NCBI GenBank assembly: GCA_025057955.1
Contig: JANXER010000001.1
Location: 46,917-110,916, forward strand
Direction: 5' to 3'
Origin: Candidatus Methanomethylicaceae archaeon
GTDB lineage: Archaea > Thermoproteota > Methanomethylicia > Methanomethylicales > Methanomethylicaceae
DNA: 64,000 bases
Part shown: positions 18,475-28,308 of the stretch, piece by piece
How positions within the stretch are numbered: the stretch's first letter is position 1
Layout of the letters: every line of letters starts with the position of its first letter
Position numbers and translations under genes: made by a program
Notes under the pieces: model-generated
What the model saw: only the letters and a program-made list of their open reading frames with translations
What the model was told of the DNA's origin: nothing
Database searches by the model: none

Positions 18475-19794
18475 ATGGTTCTTGAGAATTTAGCATCATC
18501 ATTAAACAATGCCATAAAAAAAGTTTTGAGAGCTCCAATAGTAGATGAAAAAATTGTAAAGGAATTGATAAGAGATATACAAAGAGCGCTTATTCAAGCT
18601 GATGTCAATATTAAGCTTGTTCTAGAATTATCAAAAAATGTAGAGAAAAAAATTCTTGAGGCTGAGCTTCCTCCTGGAATAACTAGAAGAGAGCTTGCAA
18701 TTAAAGTAGTTTATGATGAGTTGGTATCACTTTTAGGAGGAGAGAAAGCAGAAGCTCCAAAATATGAGCGAGGCAAGTTAACAATTATACTCCTTATAGG
18801 AGTACAAGGCTCTGGTAAAACCACAAGTGCTTCTAAACTTGCATGGTACTTCAAAAATCAAGGCTATTCAGTAGGCCTTGTTTGTGCAGATAACTTTAGA
18901 GCTGGTGCATATGATCAATTGAAGCAACTTGCTGAAAAAATTGGCGTTCCCTTTTATGGTGAGAGGGATGAAAAAGATGCTGTGAAAATCTCAATCAATG
19001 GTGTTAATAAATTCAAAGAGAATAAAATTGAAATAATAATAGTGGATACAGCAGGAAGACACAAGAGAGAACAAGAATTGCTTGAGGAAATGAAGAAAAT
19101 AGCAGATGCTATAAAGCCAACTGAAATAATGCTAGTTTTAGATGCAACAATGGGACAACAATCAGCTCAACAAGCTGAGGCCTTTAATAAAGTCACAAAC
19201 ATAGGGACAATATTCCTTACTAAGTTGGATGGAACAGCAAAAGGAGGAGGAGCAATATCAGCTGTAGCTTCCACAGGAGCAAGAATAAGATTTGTAGGAG
19301 TTGGAGAGGAACCAGATGAAATAGAATTGTTTAATCCAAGGAGGTTCGTAGGTAGACTCTTAGGAATGGGGGATATTGAAAGTTTAATTGAAAAATTCAA
19401 ATCAATAGAGAAAGCTGAAAAGGAGGCTATGAGTACAATAGCTTCTGGAAAATTTACACTTAAGGATCTTTATGTCCAACTACAAACTATAAAGAAAATG
19501 GGACCTATTGGTAAATTGCTTCAATCAATTCCAGGAATGAGTATAAGTAATGAAATGATGAATATCACTGAGGAAAAAATGAAGAAATGGATGGTAATAA
19601 TGCAATCCATGACCGAGGAGGAGCTTCTAAACCCAGATATAATAGATGGATCTAGAATGAAAAGAATTGCAAGAGGATCTGGTACTACAATTAAGGACGT
19701 AAGAGAATTATTGGATAATTATAGAATGAGTAAAAAGTACATAAAACAATTAATTAAAAAGCAGAAAGGTTTATATAAACTATTTAAAAAATGA
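18475..19794 (+). CDS. srp54: Signal recognition particle protein SRP54
   Basis: GTPase P-loop GVQGSGKTT, DTAGR, TKLD, and a C-terminal Met-rich M domain. Confidence 0.9.
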   Translation: MVLENLASSLNNAIKKVLRAPIVDEKIVKELIRDIQRALIQADVNIKLVLELSKNVEKKILEAELPPGITRRELAIKVVYDELVSLLGGEKAEAPKYERGKLTIILLIGVQGSGKTTSASKLAWYFKNQGYSVGLVCADNFRAGAYDQLKQLAEKIGVPFYGERDEKDAVKISINGVNKFKENKIEIIIVDTAGRHKREQELLEEMKKIADAIKPTEIMLVLDATMGQQSAQQAEAFNKVTNIGTIFLTKLDGTAKGGGAISAVASTGARIRFVGVGEEPDEIELFNPRRFVGRLLGMGDIESLIEKFKSIEKAEKEAMSTIASGKFTLKDLYVQLQTIKKMGPIGKLLQSIPGMSISNEMMNITEEKMKKWMVIMQSMTEEELLNPDIIDGSRMKRIARGSGTTIKDVRELLDNYRMSKKYIKQLIKKQKGLYKLFKK

Positions 19795-20306
19795 GAGAGT
19801 ATTCTCTTTTTGTTCCTTCAAATATTATTAATTCTAATGAAATTGGAATAGTAACAAGATTTGTGGTTGGAGCAATGATGCTCTCCCATGAAATTAGAAG
19901 GGATGTAAGAGTTAATATAGTCTTTAATGCTAGATTTTGTATAACCTTCAATGGTAAAAGCATGAGAAATGTTAGACCAGATGAAAGCTCCCTCTCTGGA
20001 ATATTAAGGGCAGGACTTAGTAGGAGAGGAAGAGTATTACCAGGAGTAGTTATAAGAGAAGTGAATATTGAAAAATTCTTAAGTGAAGCTAAGGGGGCTA
20101 AATTGTTCTATTCAGAGCGTATTGGAAGAATACAAGAAGTTCCAGAAGATTTTTTTATAATTTTTCAATATCCTAAGCTGGAAATTGAAGAAATTTTATT
20201 AAAAATGAATTTCTCACCAATAAAGCTTGGTAAGAGGAATTATTTTCCAGATCAAGCAGCAGTCATATTAAATAATAGGCTTGATCGAAAATTGTTCGGA
20301 ATTTAG
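19791..20306 (+). CDS. trmY: Putative tRNA (pseudouridine54-N1)-methyltransferase TrmY (DUF358/COG1901, SPOUT)
   Basis: SHEIRRDV-type motif and 171 aa. It is overlapped by the srp54 stop and followed immediately by pus10, which makes the psi54/55 substrate. Confidence 0.5.
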   Translation: MREYSLFVPSNIINSNEIGIVTRFVVGAMMLSHEIRRDVRVNIVFNARFCITFNGKSMRNVRPDESSLSGILRAGLSRRGRVLPGVVIREVNIEKFLSEAKGAKLFYSERIGRIQEVPEDFFIIFQYPKLEIEEILLKMNFSPIKLGKRNYFPDQAAVILNNRLDRKLFGI

Positions 20307-20308
20307 AG

Positions 20309-21625
20309 GTGATGAAAATGATTATGGACTTAGTGAAGAATATGTTAATTAAATATCCATTATGTGATAGTTGCTTAGGAAGGCAATTTGGAGGACTTCT
20401 CAGAGGAATTACAAATAAAGAGAGAGGAAGAGCTTTGAAGCTTGCTCTAGCTTTAGAGGGGCATTTAAAGTTTTTAAAAGAGGGAAATGATGAACTTCTT
20501 AGAGCATTAGCAAAGAATGGAAATCTTCAATTTGCTATAAAATTATTAGATCTTACAAATGAAGATTTTAAATGTTACATATGTGAAGGTATTATGGAAA
20601 ATATAGAAAATATTGCAAAGGAAGTTATTAAAGCATTAAATAATTATGAGTTTACCAATTTCTTGATTGGAATTAGAGTTTCAGGCGATATAGCTGAAAG
20701 AGAGGATAAACTTCGCTCAGAATTTGGAATAGAGTATGGAGAGTCCATAAGAATGGAATGTAGTAGAGAGATTGGAAAGGAGGTCTCTAAATTCACTGGA
20801 AAAAATGTAGAATTTAAGAATCCTGATATAGTAGTAATAGTGAGTATACCAAGCCTTAATATTAATGTTAACCCCATGCCAATCTACATCTTTGGAAGAT
20901 ATAGAAAGCTCATAAGAGGTATTCCTCAATCGAAATGGTATTGTTCTCGCTGTTGGGGAAAGGGATGCGAAAAATGTAATTGGACTGGGAAGAAATATCC
21001 AACATCAATTGAAGAGCTTATAATTGAGCCAATCTTAATGGCCACAGGTGGTAAAAGGGCAAAATTCCATGGAGCTGGTAGAGAGGATGTAGATGCCATA
21101 GTCTTAGGGAATGGAAGGCCCTTTATTGTTGAAATAAAGGAGCCAAAGAAAAGAGCTATTGATTTGAAGTATTTAGAAGAAACAATAAATAGGAATGCTG
21201 AAGGAAAAGTGGAGGTCCTTGAACTTAAATATTCCAATAGAAAAACCGTAAAGAGAATAAAGGAAAGATCAAGAATAGTAGAAAAAACTTATAGAGCATT
21301 AGTAGAAATAGGAAGAGAGATTTCCAGTGAAGATATTGAGAAACTAGAGAAAAGTTTTAATTCATGCAATATTTATCAATACACTCCAACTAGAGTATTG
21401 CATAGAAGAGCAGATAAGTTGAGGATAAAGAAGGTATATGAAATGAAGGTAAGGAAGATTAGCGATAGAACAATGGAATTAATAGTTAAATGTCAAGGAG
21501 GGCTATATGTAAAGGAGCTTATATCTGGAGATGGTGGAAGGACTAGACCAAGTATAGCAGAAGTATTAGGCACTGAAGCAAAATGTATAGAATTAGATGT
21601 AATATCAATAAATGAGGAGGATTAG
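20309..21625 (+). CDS. pus10: tRNA pseudouridine synthase Pus10
   Basis: N-terminal Zn-binding THUMP-like region CDSCLGR...CYICEG, a further CSRCWGKGCEKC cluster, and 438 aa. Confidence 0.75.
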   Translation: MMKMIMDLVKNMLIKYPLCDSCLGRQFGGLLRGITNKERGRALKLALALEGHLKFLKEGNDELLRALAKNGNLQFAIKLLDLTNEDFKCYICEGIMENIENIAKEVIKALNNYEFTNFLIGIRVSGDIAEREDKLRSEFGIEYGESIRMECSREIGKEVSKFTGKNVEFKNPDIVVIVSIPSLNINVNPMPIYIFGRYRKLIRGIPQSKWYCSRCWGKGCEKCNWTGKKYPTSIEELIIEPILMATGGKRAKFHGAGREDVDAIVLGNGRPFIVEIKEPKKRAIDLKYLEETINRNAEGKVEVLELKYSNRKTVKRIKERSRIVEKTYRALVEIGREISSEDIEKLEKSFNSCNIYQYTPTRVLHRRADKLRIKKVYEMKVRKISDRTMELIVKCQGGLYVKELISGDGGRTRPSIAEVLGTEAKCIELDVISINEED

Positions 21626-21628
21626 CAT

Positions 21629-21922
21629 ATGAGGCATTCATCAGGATATAGAAGTAGAACGAGAAAATTATTAAGAAGAAGTATAAGAGAGAAGAGCAAT
21701 CCAATAACAAGGATTCTAATGGATTATAATGAAGGAGATAGAGTTGTAATTAAAATAAATCCTAGCTTTGTAAAAGGAATGCCACATAGAAGATTCCATG
21801 GAAAAACTGGAATTATAATGGGAAAAAGAGGAAGAGCATATGTTGTAAAAGTCCTCATGGGAGATTTTGAAAAGACTATAATAACAAGACCAGAACATAT
21901 TGTTCCATTAGAGGGAAGATAA
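21629..21922 (+). CDS. rpl21e: Ribosomal protein L21e
   Basis: MRHSSGYRSRTRKLL N-terminus and 97 aa. Confidence 0.85.
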   Translation: MRHSSGYRSRTRKLLRRSIREKSNPITRILMDYNEGDRVVIKINPSFVKGMPHRRFHGKTGIIMGKRGRAYVVKVLMGDFEKTIITRPEHIVPLEGR

Positions 21923-22255
21923 ATGCCAAAGGAAATTGTAAGAGAAGAAGTTCTCAGTCTACCTCAGGTAAAGAAGCTCTTAGAGAAGAGATTTAGTGAA
22001 GGAGAACCAAATTATTTACAGAAAATCACCTACGATTATGTTACAAAATTTTCAAAACTTCCTTCAGAAAAAGCTGAAGAGCTTTTGAATAAGCTTAAAG
22101 CTGAAGGAATTTCTCCAGAATCCGCTGCTCAAATAGTGAATATAATGCCTAGTGTAATTGATGAATTGAGAGTTTTAGTATCCACTGAGAAGAAACTTTT
22201 TCTTCCCTCAGAGTTGGAGAAAATTTTGAGTATAATTAATTCTTTTAGGGAGTAA
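21923..22255 (+). CDS. rpoF: RNA polymerase subunit Rpo4/F
   Basis: A 110-aa helical protein in the conserved L21e-RpoF-DUF655-KsgA context. Confidence 0.6.
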   Translation: MPKEIVREEVLSLPQVKKLLEKRFSEGEPNYLQKITYDYVTKFSKLPSEKAEELLNKLKAEGISPESAAQIVNIMPSVIDELRVLVSTEKKLFLPSELEKILSIINSFRE

Positions 22256-22278
22256 TTTTTATATTGAGGGATTAAGAA

Positions 22279-22863
22279 TTGCCTGAGGATCAAACTAAAA
22301 GATATTATGAAGACTATGCTTATGTTTTGGATTATCTTCAATTTGGTCACCCCAAGGATATAAGACCCTTCTATAAAAGAGAGCCATTGGTTCAAGCAAT
22401 TGGTGAGAATTTTTTCACTCTTCTCGAACTTGTACCTATACCTGGTGTAACTTTTTCACCAAAGGAAAGAATAGCAATTGGAAAATTCGAAAGAACTAAA
22501 ATAAGTCATGTAAAGAGAAGAATAGAATATGAAGATTTAACACAAACTGCAAAGGAAGAGCTAGAGTCGATAATAGAAGAAATAGTTTCAAAGAATGAGG
22601 CTAGATTCATAAATTTTTTCAATAATGCAGGACCAATTACTACAAGAATGCACTCCTTAGAATTACTTCCTGGTGTGGGGAAAAAATTAATGTGGCAAAT
22701 AATAGAGGAAAGGAAGAAAAGTCCATTTCAAAATTTTGAGGATTTTCAGAAGAGATTGCATATACTTGATCCTAAGAAAATGATTGTAAAAAGAATATTA
22801 ATGGAGATTAAAAACGAAGATAAATACTATATATTTTGTAAACCTCCTTCAAAAAAGGAGTAG
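22279..22863 (+). CDS. DUF655/COG1491 predicted RNA-binding protein
   Basis: Conserved position between rpoF and ksgA; 194 aa. Confidence 0.6.
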   Translation: MPEDQTKRYYEDYAYVLDYLQFGHPKDIRPFYKREPLVQAIGENFFTLLELVPIPGVTFSPKERIAIGKFERTKISHVKRRIEYEDLTQTAKEELESIIEEIVSKNEARFINFFNNAGPITTRMHSLELLPGVGKKLMWQIIEERKKSPFQNFEDFQKRLHILDPKKMIVKRILMEIKNEDKYYIFCKPPSKKE

Positions 22864-22868
22864 AAAAA

Positions 22869-23675
22869 TTGGAATTGCTCAAATGGACATTAAATATAAT
22901 CGAGAAATATGGCATAAAGCCTAGACAGAAATATGGACAGAATTATGTCATAGATGAAAAAATGATAGATTGTATTTTAAATGCCGCCGATCTTAGCCAT
23001 AATGATATTGTTCTAGAGATAGGAGCAGGAATTGGAACTCTTACCATTAGGCTTTCAGAAAGAGTAAGAAAAGTCATAGCTGTTGAATCAGATAAAAAAT
23101 CAATAAAATCGCTTTCAGAAGTCTTAGCTGAAAGGAATAATATCGAAATTATTGAAGGAGATATTATGAAGATGCCACTGCCTAAAGTGGATAAAATAGT
23201 CTCTAATTTACCATTTTCAATTTCAACACCAATTACATTTAAATTGCTCTCAGAAGGGATTTTCAAATTAGCTGTTTTAACTTATCAAAAAGAAGTTGCA
23301 GATCGACTAATAGCGAAGCCAGGTAGTAGTGAATACTCTAGGCTTAGTGTTGCCATTAGCCTATTAGCAGAGGTTGAAAAAGTGAGGGATTTTCCACCAG
23401 AGTCATTCTATCCAAAACCAAAGGTCTTCAGCACCATAGTTAGAATAAGGAAGAAAGAAATCGATATAGATTGGAAGACTTTAGACTTTCTATTGAAGGT
23501 TTTATTCTCTCAAAGAAGAAAAAAGCTTGGAAATGCATTAAAAGTACTTCAAAAGCTTTCTGATTTTGAAATTGATATAGATAGAATTAATTTTAAGCTA
23601 TTAGAACGAAGGGTTTTTGAACTTGAACCAAGGGAATTTTTATACTTGAGTACATTATTGACTAGAAGATTATGA
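22869..23675 (+). CDS. ksgA: 16S rRNA adenine dimethyltransferase KsgA/Dim1
   Basis: YGQNYVID, LEIGAGIGTLT and NLPFSIS motifs. Confidence 0.85.
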   Translation: MELLKWTLNIIEKYGIKPRQKYGQNYVIDEKMIDCILNAADLSHNDIVLEIGAGIGTLTIRLSERVRKVIAVESDKKSIKSLSEVLAERNNIEIIEGDIMKMPLPKVDKIVSNLPFSISTPITFKLLSEGIFKLAVLTYQKEVADRLIAKPGSSEYSRLSVAISLLAEVEKVRDFPPESFYPKPKVFSTIVRIRKKEIDIDWKTLDFLLKVLFSQRRKKLGNALKVLQKLSDFEIDIDRINFKLLERRVFELEPREFLYLSTLLTRRL

Positions 23676-24253
23676 AGAGAGTAAAAATAAGGGATAGGAC
23701 AATATTAATCTATCCTGAAGTTTATGAGCCAGCTGAAGATTCTTTAATGTTAGTGGATGCTGCTTCATCTATTGCCTTTGGAGATCATTTAGATTTATGC
23801 TGTGGTACGGGAATTGTTGGATTATTTACAGCTGATAAAGTAAATTCAGTAACTGCCATAGATATAAATCCAAATGCCATTAAAAATACAAAAGAGAACT
23901 TCAAAATAAATGGCTTTTATGAAAAGTTGAATGTTATTATTGGAGATTTATTCACACCATTAAAAAATGTGAAGTTTGATATTATTACTATAAATCCTCC
24001 ATACTTATGGGATGAAGAACCAAAGGACGTATCATGGAATGGAGGAGTTGAAGGAAGGAAGATAATTGATAGGTTTATAAAAGAAGTGGGAAATTTTTTA
24101 AATGATGATGGAAAAGCCCTATTGGTGCAATCCACACTAAATGATGTAAATAAAACATTGAGTTTAATTAATAGAATGGGGTTGTATGGAAGAGTATTAA
24201 TGGAGCAAAGATTTATGTTTGAAGGAATAGTTGTAATAGAAGTTACAAAATAG
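23672..24253 (+). CDS. HemK/Mtq2-like protein-glutamine N5 methyltransferase
   Basis: DLCCGTGIVG SAM motif, INPPY substrate motif, and 193 aa. Confidence 0.7.
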   Translation: MKRVKIRDRTILIYPEVYEPAEDSLMLVDAASSIAFGDHLDLCCGTGIVGLFTADKVNSVTAIDINPNAIKNTKENFKINGFYEKLNVIIGDLFTPLKNVKFDIITINPPYLWDEEPKDVSWNGGVEGRKIIDRFIKEVGNFLNDDGKALLVQSTLNDVNKTLSLINRMGLYGRVLMEQRFMFEGIVVIEVTK

Positions 24254-24298
24254 AAAAACTAAAATATTATATTTCTAAGTGAAGTTTGGGGATTTAAA

Positions 24299-24802
24299 AT
24301 GCCAGAAAGACCAGCGCATTGCTATAGATATTTCGATACTCCAGCTTATACTAGGATAGAGTATATTAAGTCCATACCTCAATCAAAGATTACAAAATTT
24401 GAATTTGGAAATTCAAAGGGCAATTTTCCTGTGAAGTTAACATTGGTTCCTTTAGAGGCTGGACAAATAAGACATAATGCCCTAGATGCTGCAAGGATTG
24501 TTGCTACCAAATATTTATCCAGCACACTTGGAGAAAATAATTATTATATGAAGATCAGAATATATCCTCATCAAATATTACGTGAGAATAAAATGATGGC
24601 TTTTGCTGGAGCAGATAGGCTTCAAGATGGAATGAGAAAAGCATTTGGAAAACCAGTAAGTAGAGCTGCAAGAGTTAAAGCACTTCAACCAATAATGGAC
24701 GTCTATGTTCCAGAAGGAAAAGAGGAGGTAGCAAAAGAAGCTTTAAGAAGAGCTAGTTCAAAAATTCCCATGCCCTCAAGAATTATTCAAATTTCATTGT
24801 AA
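24299..24802 (+). CDS. rpl10e: Ribosomal protein L10e (uL16)
   Basis: [12 protein letters not shown]-terminus and 167 aa. Confidence 0.85.
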   Translation: MPERPAHCYRYFDTPAYTRIEYIKSIPQSKITKFEFGNSKGNFPVKLTLVPLEAGQIRHNALDAARIVATKYLSSTLGENNYYMKIRIYPHQILRENKMMAFAGADRLQDGMRKAFGKPVSRAARVKALQPIMDVYVPEGKEEVAKEALRRASSKIPMPSRIIQISL

Positions 24803-24804
24803 AA

Positions 24805-25752
24805 ATGAACAATATTGTACCATATGATTTTGAGGTTGAAAGGCTTAGAAGGGAATTAAAGGATGCAAAAAATATTTTTATTCAAGCTCCTGATGGTTTA
24901 AAGCCATATTTAATAGAAGTATTGAAGGCTTTATCTTCAAAAAATATCATAATTTCAACAGATCCATGTTATGGAGGTTGTTATATACTAGATGATATAG
25001 CAAAAGAAATTGGAAGCGATGCTATAATTCATTTTGGACATGAAAAATTCATTGAAAAAGAGAAAATCCCTACAATTTACATAAAATGCACTTATATAGG
25101 ATCATTGGAAGATTTAATTAGAAAGACCAAAGAAAGAATTATGAAGAATAATTATAAGAATGTAGCAATTTTTACAAATGCTCAACATATAGATGTATTG
25201 GAAAAATTCATAGATAGCATTAGAACTTCTAACATAAATGTAATTAATGGAGGACTAGTGCTTGGTTGTAGGATGGATAAAGTTAAGGAAGTTTCAAACT
25301 CTATGGATGCAATATTCTATCTAGGGGGAGGGGATTTTCATGCTCTTGGTATATCATTGGAAATAGAAAAGCCAGTCTATGTAATCGATCCCTATAGAAA
25401 TGAAATAAGAGAAATATCAGCAATAAAGAAGAAGGTTATTGCTGAGAAATGGTGGACAATTCATAGAGCAAAGGATGCAAAAATTCTGGGAATTGTCATT
25501 GTCGCTAGGAAGGGACAATTTAATATGGATATTGCTATGAAGTTAAAGACTGAATTTGAGAAAGTTAAACGAAATGTAGTTTTATTAATAGCAGAAGAGG
25601 TAAATTGGGAGAGATTGGCTCCATTTACATTTATAGATGCCTTTATAATAACTGGATGTCCAAGAATTGCGCTAGATAATAGAGAAACATTCTATAAACC
25701 AGTATTGAATATTGAAGAGGCCTTTGAACTTTTGAAAGTGATTAAAAAATGA
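24805..25752 (+). CDS. dph2: Diphthamide synthesis enzyme Dph2 (2-(3-amino-3-carboxypropyl)histidine synthase)
   Basis: Three-domain Dph2 architecture, Cys-containing DPCYGGCY, and 315 aa. Confidence 0.7.
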   Translation: MNNIVPYDFEVERLRRELKDAKNIFIQAPDGLKPYLIEVLKALSSKNIIISTDPCYGGCYILDDIAKEIGSDAIIHFGHEKFIEKEKIPTIYIKCTYIGSLEDLIRKTKERIMKNNYKNVAIFTNAQHIDVLEKFIDSIRTSNINVINGGLVLGCRMDKVKEVSNSMDAIFYLGGGDFHALGISLEIEKPVYVIDPYRNEIREISAIKKKVIAEKWWTIHRAKDAKILGIVIVARKGQFNMDIAMKLKTEFEKVKRNVVLLIAEEVNWERLAPFTFIDAFIITGCPRIALDNRETFYKPVLNIEEAFELLKVIKK

Positions 25753-26375
25753 TATCCTCTAAATCTGAGTTGGAAATTAAATTAGAAAAAATTGAAAAAT
25801 TTGAAAATCCTAAGTTGATTTTAGAACAATATAGACTTCCAGCGCCATTAGCAGCTGAGATCTTGTGGTATATACAGATTAGATTTAGAGATATTGCTGG
25901 AAATATAATAGCAGATTTGGGATGTGGTACTGGAATATTAGGAATAGGATGTGCATTGCTTAATGCAAACTATGTGATTGGAGTTGATATCGATCGCAAT
26001 GCAATAAATAAGGCTCGAAAAGCCTCTATTGAATTTGAAGTTTCAGATAGAATTGACTTCATAATAGGAGATATAAAAAATCTAAATCTTAAGGCAGATG
26101 TCGTAATTCAAAATCCTCCATTTGGGGTAAGAAAAAAAGGAGCAGATAGAAACTTCATTATTGCTGGTCTTAGAATAGCTCCAAAGGTATATTCGATTCA
26201 TAAAGGTGGTGAACAAGTTCGCAGATTCATAATAAAGTTTGTAGAGCAAATAGGGGGGAAAGTGGTGGAAGAGGTTCCGTTAAAGATAAAGCTCCCTCCT
26301 TCTTACCATTTTCATAAGAAAAAGTTTCATGTATTTGAGGCATGTCTTTATAGGATTGTGAGGGAAGGAAAATGA
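25749..26375 (+). CDS. METTL5-like RNA N6-adenine methyltransferase (COG2263)
   Basis: DLGCGTGILG SAM motif, NPPFG catalytic motif, and 208 aa. Confidence 0.65.
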   Translation: MISSKSELEIKLEKIEKFENPKLILEQYRLPAPLAAEILWYIQIRFRDIAGNIIADLGCGTGILGIGCALLNANYVIGVDIDRNAINKARKASIEFEVSDRIDFIIGDIKNLNLKADVVIQNPPFGVRKKGADRNFIIAGLRIAPKVYSIHKGGEQVRRFIIKFVEQIGGKVVEEVPLKIKLPPSYHFHKKKFHVFEACLYRIVREGK

Positions 26376-26935
26376 TGAATGGTATTAAAGTAACAATCCC
26401 AGGAGATCAAATTGGTGTGGAAGAGGAATTCATGCCAGGAAGTGGAGTTTATATTGAGAATGGTAAGATATACTCCTCTAAGCTTGGCCTTCTAGTAATA
26501 GATAATAAGAATAAAAAAATAAATGTGGAGGAAAAAACTAGATTAGCAATTCCAGAAGTGGGAGATCTAATTGAAGGAATTGTTATAGGTCCAATGAGGG
26601 AGGATTCAACTGTTGTGGAAATTATTAAAATTTTAAATAAAAAAGATTTAAGAGGAAAATTTACTGGCATACTTCATATATCTCAGATATCAAGAGGAAG
26701 ATTGAGCACAATTTTGAGTGCAGTTAGTCTAGGGGATTGGATATTAGCCAAGGTTATAACTTCATGGCCACCATATCAATTATCCACATTAGAAAATGAT
26801 CTTGGAATTATATATTCAACATGTCCAAAGTGTGGTAAGGAGTTAATTTTGAAAAAAGAAAGACTTTATTGCGATAAGGATAAAATATTCATAAGAAAGA
26901 AAGTATCTTCAAAGTATTTGATAAAGGAGGATTGA
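26372..26935 (+). CDS. csl4: Exosome subunit Csl4 (S1 domain plus Zn ribbon)
   Basis: N-terminal beta domain, S1-like middle, and a C-terminal CPKCG...CDKD zinc ribbon. Confidence 0.7.
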   Translation: MMNGIKVTIPGDQIGVEEEFMPGSGVYIENGKIYSSKLGLLVIDNKNKKINVEEKTRLAIPEVGDLIEGIVIGPMREDSTVVEIIKILNKKDLRGKFTGILHISQISRGRLSTILSAVSLGDWILAKVITSWPPYQLSTLENDLGIIYSTCPKCGKELILKKERLYCDKDKIFIRKKVSSKYLIKED

Positions 26936-27225
26936 GTTTGATAAAAATAATAAAGTATAATGAAAATTGGCTTGAATTGGAGCTCACTGAAGATGATCAC
27001 ACCATAGGTAATTTACTAAGAGGAATATTGATGATGGATGAACATGTAAAACAAGCAGGATATAGAGTAATACATCCAATAACTGGAGGCATAAGGATTG
27101 TAATTCACATGGATGGAAAGGAATCACCAAAAGATGCATTAATAAACGCTTTATTAAAAATTGAGAAGGATGCTCAAGAATTGAGGGAAAAAATTAGCCA
27201 TATTCTAAAGGAGAGAAGGACTTGA
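26932..27225 (+). CDS. rpoL: RNA polymerase subunit Rpo11/L
   Basis: EDHTIGNLLR motif and 97 aa. Confidence 0.8.
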   Translation: MSLIKIIKYNENWLELELTEDDHTIGNLLRGILMMDEHVKQAGYRVIHPITGGIRIVIHMDGKESPKDALINALLKIEKDAQELREKISHILKERRT

Positions 27226-27587
27226 AGCCCATAGATAATATTAAAGAATGGGCAAAATTAGGAGATTCATTTTTGAACTTCGTTTATTCCGTAGCAAAAA
27301 CAAAAGCCATTGGAAGGCCTACTGGAGGGAGGGTTCCAAATAAAGTATTATTAAAGGCCCTGAGAATTTCTGGAATAAATGAAATAAAAGAATTTAAGGA
27401 GGATATAGTAGAGGCATTATTGGGCTATGCATGGTTCTATGGATTTTTATCATTAGAAGAAGCTATTGAAGTTGTTTCTAATAGAATTTCAAATATGAAT
27501 TTTGAGAGTAAATCCTTAGAAATGGAGACCTTAGCTAAAGCACTCTCAGAACTATTGGAAATGGTGAAAGATAGATTTGAAAAATAG
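27222..27587 (+). CDS. Mini-RNase-III-like protein (COG1939)
   Basis: LGDSFLNFVYS resembles the RNase III catalytic GD[AS] signature, and VEALLGYAWFYGF matches the second conserved block of Mini-III; 121 aa. Confidence 0.45.
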   Translation: MKPIDNIKEWAKLGDSFLNFVYSVAKTKAIGRPTGGRVPNKVLLKALRISGINEIKEFKEDIVEALLGYAWFYGFLSLEEAIEVVSNRISNMNFESKSLEMETLAKALSELLEMVKDRFEK

Positions 27588-27903
27588 AAAGAAAGAGGCA
27601 AGAACTATTGTATTGGATTATTTAAAGGAGGGGGATCTCGTAATTGCAATTATATTTAGAGGATGTTGGATAGATGCAATAACCATGAAAAGAGGCTTAA
27701 GAAGCTTTGAAGAAATCACTTCTTGGTTAAAAGAGGAAGGATATCTATGTGAAATCTCTTATATAAGCAATAGCATAAAGGAACATTTTGGTCCATTGAA
27801 TCTACCTATAACTTATTGTTGTATAAGGAACTTGAATATGGCAAAAATATTAATAGAGGGTGTAAGAGATTGGCTGAATAGTTTTATTAAGGATGTTTTA
27901 TAA
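27577..27903 (+). CDS. Hypothetical protein of 108 aa, coupled to the mini-III-like gene
   Basis: The ORF overlaps the upstream gene by 11 nt. No recognisable motif. Confidence 0.4.
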   Translation: MKNRKKEARTIVLDYLKEGDLVIAIIFRGCWIDAITMKRGLRSFEEITSWLKEEGYLCEISYISNSIKEHFGPLNLPITYCCIRNLNMAKILIEGVRDWLNSFIKDVL

Positions 27904-27937
27904 GCTAAAATTATTAAAACTTTGAAGGGGATCTAAT

Positions 27938-28264
27938 TTGGAGTTCTGTCCAAATTGCAAAAATTTACTTCTCATGGATAGGAAGAGGAACGTAATGAAA
28001 TGTAAAAAATGCGGTTATGAAAAAGAAGCTAAAAATACAAGCTATAGGGTTGTTGAAACCTTGAATATCTCAAAGGAGACTTTAATTATAAAGGAGATAA
28101 AGGAAAAAGTTGATGCTACACTTCCAAAAACCAAAGCAGAATGCTTAAAATGTGGAAATAGAGAGGCGTATTATTGGATGATGCAAACAAGAAGAGCAGA
28201 TGAAGCACCTACTAGATTTTATAGATGTACTAAATGCGGACATACTTGGAGAGAATACGAATAG
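27938..28264 (+). CDS. tfs: Transcription factor S / RNAP subunit M (TFIIS-type Zn ribbon)
   Basis: N-terminal CPNC..CKKCG and the C-terminal QTRRADEAPTRFYRCTKCGH acidic-hairpin ribbon. Confidence 0.9.
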   Translation: MEFCPNCKNLLLMDRKRNVMKCKKCGYEKEAKNTSYRVVETLNISKETLIIKEIKEKVDATLPKTKAECLKCGNREAYYWMMQTRRADEAPTRFYRCTKCGHTWREYE

Positions 28265-28308
28265 ATAAATATATCCATAGTTTAATAAAAAAAGAATTGG
28301 TGAGTTTT

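Noticed and set aside
28234-28308. Upstream extension of PCNA (MRTYLERIR...)
   Set aside because: The extension overlaps the tfs coding sequence and is not part of the PCNA fold. The start was moved to MFRAIL at 28309.
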